Source: Eledone cirrhosa
Lineage: Eukaryota
Length of the DNA: 64,000 bases
NCBI GenBank assembly: GCA_964016885.1
Contig: OZ024747.1
Span: 18,228,001-18,292,000, forward strand
Direction of reading: 5' to 3'
The translations under genes were made by a program, and so were the position numbers. The notes below the pieces were generated by a model, which saw only the letters and a program-made list of their open reading frames with translations, made no database searches and was not told the origin of the DNA. Shown piece by piece: positions 39,600-55,195 of this stretch (position 1 is its first letter; each line of letters opens with the position of its first letter).

Positions 39600-39924
39600 C
39601 TGTCTCTCTCTCTCTCTCCTTTTTCCCCCCGTCAAACTTGGGCGAAATTCTTTCCTTGCTCACATTTCTACCAGGTTCGATGGTCTTTCGTCTCTTGTTC
39701 ACGATTTCACAGAGTTTATATTCATAGAGATCTGGGACTTGTCTATTTCTACTCACTTTCCGTTGCTTAAACCCTTTTTGTTGTTACTCTAGCGTCCCCC
39801 TTTATTTACGTGTCCCAACGACTTTTTTTAGCCGTTGTTCGCACCAACCTGAGGCATATGGCCCTTAAAGCGATGAAATGCCGAGGACGGTTGGAGGGGC
39901 ACTGATGAAGGACTCACTTTTTCA

Positions 39925-39925
<1 letters not shown>
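39600..39925 (+). mobile_element. TA-flanked repeat fragment, possibly another PLE terminus
   Basis: Ends in gttgga...cactgatgaaggact..tt.ttcatatgta, shared with 7636-7690. Confidence 0.4.
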
Positions 39926-42702
<2,777 letters not shown>

Positions 42703-42706
<4 letters not shown>

Positions 42707-43964
42707 GCTGTCGTCTTTCATGTGCATCACGTGGCCATACCAACGTAGTTTTCTCTCGAGTAAACAGCATCTGATCCCTCTTGTTCCTAATTTCTCACTT
42801 GGTTCATTTTTGCTTTGCCGTTCGCGTATATTGCTATTGCACATCCAACGGAGCATGCATGCTTCGTTCCTTTCCAGTCTGCGCAGGTCCTCTGCACGTA
42901 ATGCCCATGTCTCACTGCCATGTAGCATTGCTGTTCGTATGCAGGCATCATACAATCTGCCTTTCATTTTTAGAGAGTGACCTTTTGTGGCCAACGGCAG
43001 TATAGGCTCTCTGAACTTTTTCCATGCCATTCTGACTCTGGCTGCTGTACTTTCGGAGCACCCTCCACCACTGCTGATTTCGTCACCCAGGTGGCGGAAG
43101 GTTTCTACTATTTCTGTAGAACCATCTGGGTAATGGAAGGGGCTAGTATCCTGTGGACATTTGCTACCTATTGCACCTGAGCATCGGCCACATATAGAGT
43201 CTACGTTCTTGGATAGTTTACCTGTGATCCCACTACATCTTTTATGTACCCATGCTTTGCATTTGGGACATAAAATGGAATTTCTGCCTACTCCTTTCCT
43301 ACACACTGAGCATGGCCATTTCCCAGATGGGACCAGTGCCCTATTTTCCTTCCATACTAGAACTTTAGTCTTAGACAGGTTAATTTTAAGGCCTTTTGAT
43401 TCTAGGCCATGCTTCCATGTTTGGAATTTCTTCTCTAGTTCAGCCATTGATTCAGCTATAAGCGTTAGATCATCAGCGTATAGGAGTTCCCATGGGCAGC
43501 CGGTCTTGAACTCCTCTGTTATAGACTGAAGGGCAATAATAAATAGGAGGGGGCTAAGGACAGAGCCTTGGTGAACACCAACTTTTACACTAAATTCTTC
43601 ACAATATTCATTGTTAATTCTAACCTACTGACTGTTTCATTATACATAGCTTGTATAGCTCTCACAAGCCATTCATCAACACCTAGATTTCTAAGAGCCC
43701 ACCAGATAATGGAGCGGGGGATTCTGTCAAAGGCTTTTTCCAGGTCTACAAAAGCTAAGTAGAGGGGTTTACTTTTATCTAGGTACTTCTCTTGTAGTTG
43801 TCGTACAACGAAAAGAGCGTCTGTGGTACTTTTACCTGACACAAACCCAAACTGCATTTCATCTAGATCAATTCGTTCTATGATTAGTTGCGCTATAACT
43901 CTTTCTGTGACCTTCATAACCTCGTCAACTAACTTAATGCCTCTATAGTTTCCTCTATCTAGAG
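42703..43964 (-). mobile_element. RTE-clade LINE, RT and C-terminal part (3' of the hAT insertion)
   Basis: [47 protein letters not shown], Cys-rich CSVC..CPKC..VHKRC..CGRC insert, GSETW, LRWYGHV. Truncated at the TA array. Confidence 0.92.
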
Positions 43965-46360
43965 CACAGGTTCTCAACTCATTTAGGCCAAACGCCCCTT
44001 TTTGTCCCTTGAAATCACGAAACGCCCCCCTACCCTATTTTTCCATTTTCCCATATACTACTGATTTTGATATCAGTAGATTACTAAAAAATTGATTAAC
44101 AATATTCCAAAGATACCATTGCAGGCAGCTGAGAGTATAAATACATTCCTTGAAAGGAAATATATAAATTTCAAAAAAAGGAACATAAATGTTCTTTTTT
44201 ATGAATAAGGACCAGTTGAATTTGTTATATTCCCACCAGGCGATACCAGCTATTTTGAACATTTATACAAGAGCAACTCTGTCTATCCAAAGAGTGCTCT
44301 TATCTGGAAGAAAGTGGCAATTATATCATTTCAAAGCTTTCCAATTTTCCCTTTAATGAAATGGACAGAATAAATGTTGATATCTAACTTGATGTCCCCT
44401 CTGCTTTGTGAGCTTAGAGACCACGGAAGAGGGTTTTCATGACCACGCGTGAGGGTATATTTATTTTTAAATGGTAAAATATATACAACAAATGAGTAAG
44501 TGAATTGTAGTAGATGGTTTCCAGTCCAGTCAGACTGCAACTACAAATAAAAAAATTATTAGTTTGCTTTGTAACAATAGCATATCCAAGTTTTCGGATA
44601 AATTAACTTACTTTAATTTTGACCTCATTTCAATGGGACCCTTGAGCTTCATGGAGTCTAGCTAACTTGTTGACGTGAGGCTGAATTTTCCTAAGATGTA
44701 GCCAGAGATCTCCACGTGTAATTACATTGTAGCGGTTGCGAGACTTACTGTGCAGTCTGGAAACAGCACCAAACCTCCTCTCGACTAAGTATGAGCTTGG
44801 AAAAGGCAAAGCAAATCTCTTAGCCTCTGCATGTAGGTGTGGAAATTAACGCTGAATTTCCTCTTGCATCCCAAAAAGGGGTTCACCTATTTTGGGAAAT
44901 CTAATTTTGATCATGTCATCTGCTTGAGTTCAATGAATTCTTCTTGAAATTTAACGTCCAAATCGTCGACGTTAGCTATGAAGGGATCTGCTATCCACAT
45001 TGGGATGTCCATCGGCAAAAGGTCGACAAACCGTTCTCTCATGTTGTCTTGTAGCGCACGCAGGTGAGTGGTATAAATTTGGAGTTGGTCATCGCTTACA
45101 ATGTTTTGAACATTGGCGACACTAGGAAAATTATAGAATTCCCGTCAACAAAGATTCCTTTCGATGACATTCAATTTGGCCAGGAATGTTTTCACAGCAT
45201 TCCTTGCTTTAAGCAAGGTGATCTTCTTCCCCTGCAAAGCCAAAATGACGCTATTGCATTTGTTGAAGATGTTGGTGAGGTAGGCGCAGTCTTGCCTCAC
45301 CTTGAGGGTTTTCTTGTACAGTTCTGTGTTGTGTCCTCGCAGAAACTCAATGATAGAGTCAAAGAGTTCAAAGAAGTGAGTAAAGCACTTGCCCTTTGAA
45401 AGCCATCCCACTTCAGTATGAAGGAGCAACTTGACGAATTCTTCGTCATTTTCTTGGCACAGTTGGCGGAAAATTTGTTCATTGAAGGAATGCCGTTTGA
45501 TAAAATTGATGCATCAATGGCCACCTGCAAGGACTTGCTCAGCAGCTTGCTGAGTTTCTTCACAGCCAAGTGTTGTCGATGAATGATAAAATGAACAGCA
45601 AATACAGATAGATTTTCTCTCTTCAGAAGAGTGACAAAACCCTTATGTTGGCCATCCATAGCACATGATACAATGTGTGTTGTATGTGGTCCTAGATGTG
45701 TGTATTACCTCCTTATGTGTTGTAGGTGGTCCTAGATGTTTGTATTACCTGATTATGTGTTGTATGTGGTCCTAGATGTTTGTATTACCTGCTTATGTGT
45801 TGTATGTGGTCCTAGATGTATGTATTACCTGCCTGTGTGTTGTATGTGGTCCTAGATGTGTGTATTACCTGATTATGTGTTTATGTAGTCCTATATGTGT
45901 GTGCTACCCGCTTCTGTTTTTTCTTTTCTTTTTCTATTTGTAATATTATTTATACAATAGGGAATCAAATAGATCTACATAGTGTTAACTCGTTACGGTT
46001 GAGTCAATAATTTCAGACAGGATATACATTGTTATCGGTGAAGGAAAGATAAGATTCTAACTGGTAGCGCTCAAAGTATCCTTGACCCAGTTGACTGTGA
46101 GTTTTTCCATTTTTAAGATCTCAATTACTGGTTAATGTCTCAATTACCGGACACGCCTGCACACCTGCTCACATTTGCAGTCAGGCTATAGTTATGCTGT
46201 CTGCAAGCTCATTCAAATGCATTCACACTGGCTGTCTCAAAGACATACAAATATGGCTTATAAAACTTACCAAAATAAAGAGCCTTCCATCACCCCCCTT
46301 ATGGAACCTTGCTCCCAAACGCTCCCCGGGGGTGCATATGCCCCCCATTGAGAACCTTTG
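43965..46360 (-). mobile_element. hAT (Charlie/Buster-type) DNA transposon, internally deleted
   Basis: 8-bp TSD ATCTAGAG at 43957-43964 and 46361-46368. TIRs CACAGGTTCTCAA and TTGAGAACCTTTG. Transposase remnants VHFIIHRQHL, LLLHTEVGWLSKG and PFPSSYLVERRF (~44650-45660). Confidence 0.92.
45673..45912. repeat. 40-bp tandem repeat (~6 copies) inside the hAT element
   Basis: cctagatg recurs at 45691, 45731, 45771, 45811 and 45851. Confidence 0.9.
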
Positions 46361-47340
46361 ATCTAGAGCATCCCCTTTACTCTTGTAGCAGTTAATGATG
46401 ATGCTGCTTGTCTTTTGGTATGACCCCCATTCTGTATTACTTGGTTAACTATACGGGTGACCATAGTATGTCCCACCATTCCAGATGCCTTCAACATCTC
46501 AGCAACTATCTCCGAAGGCCCAGCTGCTTTGCCTGTCTTCATATCTTTGATTGCCTTACTTATTATATTACCTTTAACTTGCACTGCTGGTCCTTCTATT
46601 GGATCTTTTTCCCACTTATTCTCCTCATTTAATAGTCTCTCGTAGTGACACTTCCAGGCTATCTTCTTATCAGCATCAGTGAGGGCAAGTACACCGTTAT
46701 CATTACGGACACACTTCTCCCCGACAATATCACGGTTTTCCTTGACACATTGTCTAGCAATCCTGAACACCTCACGTTTTTGCTCCTCGCGTTGTAGAAC
46801 ATGCTTGAACTTTCTATCCTCTGCTTCCCTTTTTGCAAGGTACACTTGTCTCCTAGCTTTTCTCCTGGCCACTTGATAGCGCTCTCTACTTCCCCCCATC
46901 CTGCCATACTTTCCAAACCTGCTTTTTGGCCTTGATTATTTCTTCTACCTTACTGTTCCACCACCAAGTTACTCTCCTCCTGCCAATAGGTCTGCTCCAG
47001 CAACAGATTTCATCCGTTGCTTTCAGCCGATTCACTTTCAAGAATTGCCACTGTTCTTCCTATATCGCACGTCTCTAATTGCTCCTCCTTATTGTCAAAG
47101 GCATCAAGTAATAAGCTTTTAAATTTGTCACTGGCTATGGGGTCCTTCAACTTCCATATTCTTCTCCTCAAGGTAGGCCTCCTCTGTCGTCGAGTACGTC
47201 TATTTCTGACTGTGAGGTCACTAACTACTAGGCTCTGTTGGGAGGTGCATTCTTCACGGGGGAGCGATTTAGTGTTTACAACAGACACTTTGTCACATCT
47301 TCTAGTAAGGATATAACTTTTTGATCCCCCCTCGTATACG
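46361..47340 (-). mobile_element. RTE-clade LINE, end of endonuclease to start of RT (5' of the hAT insertion)
   Basis: Y..GG..YILTR..EECTSQ..LVVSDL, RRIWKLKD, TWWWN, WKCHYERLLN, MKTGKAAGPS. Joins 43964 across the TSD (KGDALDRGNYRG). Confidence 0.9.
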
Positions 47341-47469
47341 TGCTGCAACTTCCTTGAATCGGAACTCAGCACAACATGAAAGTTTTAGTCTGCGTGATGA
47401 TGGGCAGATCTGGAGGTTTGTTAAGGCGGTGAAACGTGAAAGAGAGATACCAGCTGGTCTGAGTGCACT

Positions 47470-50255
47470 CTACCCACAATAACTGGCAATGAAAAAACTG
47501 CAACAACTCTGGGAAACTAAACCAGAACAACCTGCCATCCTCTACACACCATCATAAACTGCAAGCAGGGTACAAATTGTTGTCCTTAAATGCTCGTAGT
47601 TTATGCAACAAGATACATCTGTTTAACTCCTACGTCAGAAGCATCGACCCTGACTTCATCACAGTCACGGAAACATGGGCGCATTCCTTACTCTGTGGTG
47701 GGGTTTTCAGCATTACTGGGTACAACCTGTTCCGCAAGGACCGCATTAATCGCCGTGGTGGTGGTGTGATGGTTAACGTTCGTTCAAATTTTTCGGTAAT
47801 TCCTTGCGTTGATTTGAATGAATCACAAGAAGTTTTTTTCTGTGACATATGTATGACCATATCAACACTGCTACTTGGTGTTGTTTATCTCCCCCCCAAA
47901 CTACCATCAGGACACACAGCTTTGCGATACCCTCAGAGCTGCTACCAGGAAAACAGCCACTTATGTGTTTATTGCAGGTGACTTCAATCATCCTGAAATC
48001 GATTGGGAAACTTTTCGTTTGCCACAAAGTGCAAACGATTTCCTTGGGCTAGTGCTGGACTCAAACTGGTCACAAGTAGTCACCTCTCCAACAAGGGGTG
48101 ACAACACTTTGGACCTGCTCTTCACCACTACTCCTGAAGTGGTTATCAGTTGTACTACTGAGGAACCTCTAGGCGACTCGGATCATGCTATGATCATTGC
48201 CAATCTGGCTCTTGCGGGCAGCAACAAAAACCAGAACCATCTCCAATCTGCTTGCTTTGATTGGAAGAAAGCAGATTGGAACTTGTACTGCACTGAGCTA
48301 CAGAGCCCAAACTGGCATGAGTTCTATAACTCTGGAGATGTGAACGCTATACTCCAGAGCACCCTGAACTCAATATGGATAGCGTGTGCAGCATCAGTGC
48401 CATGTAAGCAGAAAAAAACCACCCCAAAAGTGCAATTTGGGAAACTTCAGCAGTCCGACTTGCCAGGAAAGAATGTCGGAATGTTGAACGGGAATATAAA
48501 TTGCATAAATCAGATGCCAACAGAAAAAAGCAGAATAAATCTTCCAACCATCTCAAGCAAGTGACAAAAACGGCAGTGCTTGAATTTGAACAGGGCATAG
48601 TAACCAATCCTGACAGTAAGGTGTTCTGGAAATATGTACATTCAAAGTAGAGACCTCACTCTCCAGTTGATCTTCTTCGCAATCCTCACACAAGCCAGAT
48701 CACTGACGATCCCAAAGAATGCACAGAACTCATTGCTGAGTGCTATGCAAGCATTTTTACTGTTGAAAACCAGAATGTACCATCTCCACCATCTCTAACA
48801 TCAAATTCCATAACAACTATGGCATTTACACCGGCAATGCTGTGATGTCACCTTAAGAACAACTATGCCTCCCCTGGTCTTGATGGTGTTACATACCTGC
48901 TTCTCAAATGTGGCGGGTACTTCCTTTTGCACCAGCTTTCTTTCTTCTTTGAATACTGTCTCAACAATGGTGCTACTCCGGAGCAGTGGAAAACTGCCAG
49001 TGTCATTCTCCTGTTCAAAAAGGTCGACCGCACGTCACCTGTCAACTATCGTTCAGTCAGTCTTACTAGCTGTATTACCAAACTGATGGAATCCTGTGTC
49101 AGAGAAACACTTTGGAACTTCTGGAGCTCTCACAGCCTCATCCGGCCCTCACTGTTTGGATTTATCCCTAACTCCAGCTGCTGTGATCAGCTTATCGAGT
49201 TTCTTGAAGACATTACCCGGATCACTGACAGCGGCTCATGGGTGGATGTTGTCTACCTTGACTTCGCTAAGGCTTTTAATTCTGTGCCACACAAAAGACT
49301 TATGACGAAACTCTCTGCAATGGGTGTGAAGGATGATCTTTTCGACTGGTTGAAATCCTTGATTCTCAGCCGAAAAGAGGTAGTCACGGTTCTAGGACAG
49401 CATTCTTCACCATATGAGATGTCATCTGGTGTACCACAGGGATCTGTTCTTGGTCCCCTTTTGTTTGTTGCATACATTAATGACATAGATGACAACCTAA
49501 AGAATGCCACAGTATACAGATGACATCAAGCTGTACCTTGAAATAAATCAAAAGGACAGATTCTGAAATCTATAACTCTTTCCTACAATCAGACCTGGAC
49601 ACAATGCAGCAATGGATCACAGACTGGCAACTGAAACTGGCTGTGGACAAGTATACCACCATGCATTTTGGGAGGAAAAATCCAGCGTCCACATACTCCC
49701 TCCACAACACTGATATCAAGAAGTCTTCTTGTGAACGTGACCTGGGTATTACTGTCAGCAGCGATTTGCGTTGGACAAAGCACATGTCTAAAATTGTCAA
49801 GAAGGCCGAGGGTGTCTTGGCATTACTCAGCAAGACCTTTGTTAGCCGCTCTCCAGCCATCTATTTAAAGCTGTATACAGCTATGGTACAACCACACTTG
49901 GAATTCGCATCATCAGTCTGGAACCCCTATCTTGCTCAGAACATTGACCTCCTGGAAACTGTTCAGAGACGTGCAACCAAGCGCATACCCTCCATCAGAC
50001 ACCTACCATACTCTGAACGCCTTGCTTCCCTGGGCATGGATTTATTGAAGCTCCGACGTATGGCAATGGACTTGGTAAACACCCACAAAGTTATTAACCA
50101 TCTCGCCAACAACAACCCTGAGAACCTTTTTGATCTCGATGTGTCTAACACCCGTGGGCATGCCTACAAAGTCAGAAAACAGCACAGCTCCCATGACTTT
50201 CGTAGACATTTTTTCACGCTTAGAGGAGTTGCTGAAGCATGGAACAAACTGCATC
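47470..50255 (+). mobile_element. CR1-clade LINE ORF2 (APE endonuclease and RT), frameshifted
   Basis: SLNARSL.NK, VTETW, RKDR..RRGGGV, GDFN, LDLLF, LGDSDH. RT: NYRSVSLTS, YLDFAKAFNSVPH, SGVPQGSVLGPLLF, ERDLG, LE.VQRRAT, TRGH.YK. Confidence 0.93.
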
Positions 50256-50739
50256 CCTTAATTTTTTATTTTTATTCTTATCTTATATACATCATATTTT
50301 ATTTGTATCGACCTTCCGTCTGACACTGTGTTGACTTTATACACTCCCTTCCCTGTATATACCACATACATGTATGTGGTTGTGCGTGTGTGTATGTTTA
50401 TACGTGTGCGTCCTTTCATCCTTGTATGTGTATATATTTCAGCCCTTAGTCCCTGAGTCTGTATGTACGCTAACTCCATTATCTTACAATTTCTATTTCC
50501 AACATATATATATATATATATGTGTTCAAATCCCGCTGAGGTTAGCTTTGCCGTTCATCCTTACAGGGCTTGATAAAATAAAGTACCAGTAATACACTGG
50601 GGTCAATTTAATCGACTGCCCCCCACCCCCACCCCCACCTTTGTGTCTAAAGTAGAAACCTTTACCATCATATCTTTCCTCTCCTGGGATTTGAACTCTG
50701 TACTGACTGGAGGTTGGAACAAACACTATAACATATATA

Positions 50740-50817
50740 TAGGGTGTTCCAAAAAAATGTATACATACTCTGATCAGAATGCTGTTGAAGTGTGTATACA
50801 TTTTTTGGGACACCCTG
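50740..50817. mobile_element. Tiny Tc1/mariner-like MITE
   Basis: ~29-bp TIRs agggtgttccaaaaaaatgtatacatact and agtgtgtatacattttttgggacaccctg. Confidence 0.7.
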
Positions 50818-50921
50818 AGTGTGCGTGTGTATATACATAAATATATATATATATATACACACATATATATATATATATCTATACTTACATGGACATATAT
50901 ATCTATATATATATATGTATA

Positions 50922-50961
<40 letters not shown>

Positions 50962-51009
50962 TGTATATATATGTATATATATATATACATATATGTATAT
51001 ATATGTATA

Positions 51010-51051
<42 letters not shown>

Positions 51052-51085
51052 TATACATATATGTATACATATATATACATATATG

Positions 51086-51116
<31 letters not shown>

Positions 51117-51159
51117 GTATATATATGTATATATATATATACATATATGTATATATATG

Positions 51160-51217
<58 letters not shown>

Positions 51218-51246
51218 CATATATATACATATATGTATATACATGT

Positions 51247-51289
<43 letters not shown>

Positions 51290-51446
51290 TATACATATAT
51301 GTATATATATATATACATATATATACATATATGTATATATATATATACATATATATACATATATGTATATATATATATACATATATATACATATATGTAT
51401 ATATATGTATATATATATATATACATATATGTATATATATGTATAC

Positions 51447-51496
<50 letters not shown>

Positions 51497-51501
<5 letters not shown>

Positions 51502-52378
51502 GAAATAAGAGGGATCAGATGTTGTTTACTCGAGAGAAGGCTACGTTGGTATGGTCATGTGATGCGCATGAAAGACGACAGCTGTATAACAAAGTGCAGG
51601 GCAATAAAGATAGACGGTAGCTATGGAGTAGGCAGACCCAGAAAAACCTGGGACGAGCTGATAAATTCCGACCTCACACACTTACACCTCTCCAAGACAA
51701 TGTCACTGGACCGAGACCTTTGGCGGTACTCAGTAATAGAGAAGACCCGCCTTACCTAAATACAAAGTAAAACCTACTACAGTCAGTAGGCATCTCTAAC
51801 AAAATACACCCCCGTCCCACTACCCCCACCCCATCCACACCACCTCTTTCAATGTAAAGTTATGTTGGTGCCACAACATCCAGGCCGAAACAAATGAGAT
51901 CGTGTAGGTGTCACGACAAAAAAACACACAGTCCACGCTGTAATGTGGCCGTGTAGGCAACACGGTAAAAACCTCCCAGCCCCACACTGTAAATGTGGTT
52001 GGTGTTAGGAAGGGCATCCAGCTGTAGAAAACCCGCCAGACAGTCCACGCTGTAAATGTGGCCGTGTAGGCAACACAGTAAAAACCTCCCAGTCCCACAC
52101 TGTAAATGTGGTTGGTGTTAGGAAGGGCATCCAGCTGTAGAAAACCCGCCAGACAGTTCACGCTGTAAATGTGGCCGTGTAGGCAACACGGTAAAAACCT
52201 CCCAGCCCCACACTGTAAATGTGGTTGGTGTTAGGAAGGGCATCCAACTGTAGAAAACCCGCCAGACAGTCCTATACGAGCAGGACAATCACTCTTGCCT
52301 CAAGTGGGAAAACCCCCGTCCAAACCCATGCAAGCGTGGAATATGGACGTTAAACGATGATGATGATGATGATGATGA
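51497..52378 (+). mobile_element. RTE 3' end: C-terminus, 3' UTR with 3 x ~113-bp tandem repeat, and (GAT)n tail
   Basis: [28 protein letters not shown]. Repeat units start at 51929, 52041 and 52154. Ends ggacgttaaac(gat)n. Shorter copies at ~57135-57376 (+) and 59436-59765 (-). Confidence 0.9.
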
Positions 52379-52444
52379 TACGTATGTATATATATATATG
52401 TATGTATATATATATATATATGTATGTATATATATATATGTATG

Positions 52445-52483
<39 letters not shown>

Positions 52484-52686
52484 ATATATATATGTATGTA
52501 TGTATATGTATGTATGTATATATATATGTATATATATATATGTATGTATATATATATATGTATGTATGTATATGTATGTATGTATATATATATGTATATA
52601 TATATATATATGTATGTATATATATATATGTATGTATGTATATGTATGTATGTATATATATATGTATGTATATATATATATGTATG

Positions 52687-52721
<35 letters not shown>

Positions 52722-52774
52722 GTATGTATATATATATGTATGTATATATATATATATATGTATGTATATATACA

Positions 52775-52855
<81 letters not shown>

Positions 52856-53141
52856 ACACTCTCATGTACACACATACACACATACACACATGTGTGTATG
52901 TGTCTGGCCTTAAATATACCATATATACATATACAGAGAGAGAAAGAGAGAGGTACATCAGCACTTTACAGACATTGAACCTTTTCCAAAGAACCATTTC
53001 CATTTCCTCTATAGGTGTGTCTGCGTGTTTCTGTGAATTTATATATATGTTTGTGTTGTAAGGAAACATTTATTTCATTAGTAGAAAAACGTATGAATGT
53101 ATGTGTGCTTGTATATTTTTATATAATATATATATATATAT

Positions 53142-53362
53142 ATAAAATATTAAAAAAATGAACTTTTTTTGTTTAATATAAGGAACTGTTTCATTGTTTT
53201 ATTCATTATTTTTTTAATATTTTATCTTGACTCTGTATTCCGTTTATCTTTCACCGAAAGTGATTTTTGAATGCATCTCTTCTTTCCATGATATCCGGAT
53301 TACATTGAGTTCTTCATACGGATTGGACACTACCGTAAACTTTTGGTAGATTTATCTACATA
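53142..53362 (+). mobile_element. Fold-back element family G, copy 2
   Basis: Reverse complement of 8386-8650, with a shortened inverted arm. (TA)n flanks. Confidence 0.8.
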
Positions 53363-53421
<59 letters not shown>

Positions 53422-54679
53422 CACACACACATGTATGCTTACAGTCATACTAGGAATGGTTGTCATCAACCTAAATTGTATTTATTGGTATAGTGTAGTT
53501 TCCCATATTCTCATGGTCTTAGGACAAAGGAAAAATGTTCCCATTCCTTGAGGAAATACTTAGTCCAAAATAGCGGAAACTCTTCTCCCAATAACTTACA
53601 CTTTACTAACACACACATACATACTGATATATATATATATATATATCATCATTATCATCATCATCGTTTAATGTTCCACTCTAGCATGGGTTAGACGGTT
53701 TAGTTCCACTTGATGCGGGATTGGTTGGGAGACCATGTCTTGCTCGTACAGAACTGTTCCTGGCAGGTTTTCTATGGCTGGATGCCTTTCCTAACACCAA
53801 CCACATTTACAGTGTGGACTGGGAGCCTTTTTACTGTCTCCTACACTCCTATATATGAAAGCACAAGGAAAAAGTACTCAATACATAGAATTAATAATAA
53901 TGGTTTCTGATTTAGGCACAAGGCCAACAATTTGGGGGAAGTGGAAAGTCGATTAAATTGACCCTAGTGTATAACTAGTAGTCTGTTTTATCAACCCTGT
54001 AAGGATAAAAGGCAAAGCTAACCTTAGCAGAATTTGAGCTCAGAATGTAAAGAGCCATATCTCACATATATATATATATGAATTTACATATATTCATATA
54101 TATATATCTGTGTGTGTGTGTGTTTTTGTGTATTGTCAATGAAAAGATATATCCAGAGCCTCTATTCCAAAGTTTCAGTAATTAGATTTCAGAAGTTGAA
54201 ATCCCCAGATATATCCTACTTAAAAATAAATGTTATTGGAAATGTTATAAAAACCACTAAAGAGGTCAAACACCCCCGAAACAATCAAGTTCATGAGTTT
54301 AGTTCAGTACATATTACTTATATATGTCTTATATTCTTTATATTAATCTTTGTCAAATAAGTTTAACTAATTTCTACACTGTTTTCATTTTACAAAGTCA
54401 CAAGAGTGATCATTTGGTTATTTATTAGCTCTCCTTCTCCCCACCTCTTTAATCTCTCTTCTTAGAACTTATAACCATTTCCTTATGTGTGTGTGTGTAT
54501 ATACACACACATATATATATATATAAGCAAAAGGGATATTTAATTTGTTGGTAATTCAACAAATATAAATGTTTATAACTGATTCGAAGCACTCGACAAG
54601 TTTTCTGGAGTATAATATTCAATGATATTAAATAAATTTAAACTATATTTATAAAACCATATTTATTCTATCCAGGATA

Positions 54680-54960
54680 TCATCATTCATCATCATTTCA
54701 TTTTTACGTCCGCTTTTTCCCTGCTTGCAAGGGTGGGACGGGAACTGATGCTGGCTTGATTTCTACAGCTGGATGCCCTTCCTAACACCAACCTCATTTA
54801 CAGTGAGTGCTGGGTGCTTTTTTTTTTTTGCCCTGGCACCTCCACGACCACTTTGCAGTGGAATGATATGGACCCCAGTCCCTATCATCTCATTTCTACA
54901 GCTGAGTAAACTGGAGCAATGTGAAATAAAGTGTCTTGCTCAAGGAAACAACACATCACC
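54680..54960 (-). mobile_element. 5'-truncated SINE with RTE tail
   Basis: Near-identical to 18120-18368. Confidence 0.8.
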
Positions 54961-54996
54961 CTTGAGCAAGACATATATATATATATATATATATAT

Positions 54997-55195
54997 ATTA
55001 TGTAATAAACAACACAACATAATTATTCCATTACTCAAGGTTTCACGAATTCAGACGCTTCTCTTAGAATCGTCTGACTTCGTGAAACCTTGAGTAATGG
55101 AATAATTATGTTGTGTTGTTTATTACATAATTAAATAGCTGTGTACTATACATAGAGCACTCTCCTTTCCTTTACCTTTTCCACAGAAATACTTA
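54997..55195 (+). mobile_element. Fold-back form of hammerhead family E
   Basis: Perfect 53-bp arms 54997-55049 and 55079-55131 around an imperfect stem II homologous to 29801-29838. GAAAC at 55084. No CTGANGA. Confidence 0.85.

Noticed and set aside
43860-43964. Both the CRE and hAT insertions hit the same ~100-bp region of RTE RT in two different copies
   Set aside because: Only two events with different enzymes, and the hAT site is explained by its TCTAGA preference. Likely coincidence.
45673-45912. Regularly spaced repeats resembling a CRISPR array
   Set aside because: Contiguous tandem units with no unique spacers, inside a eukaryotic hAT element.
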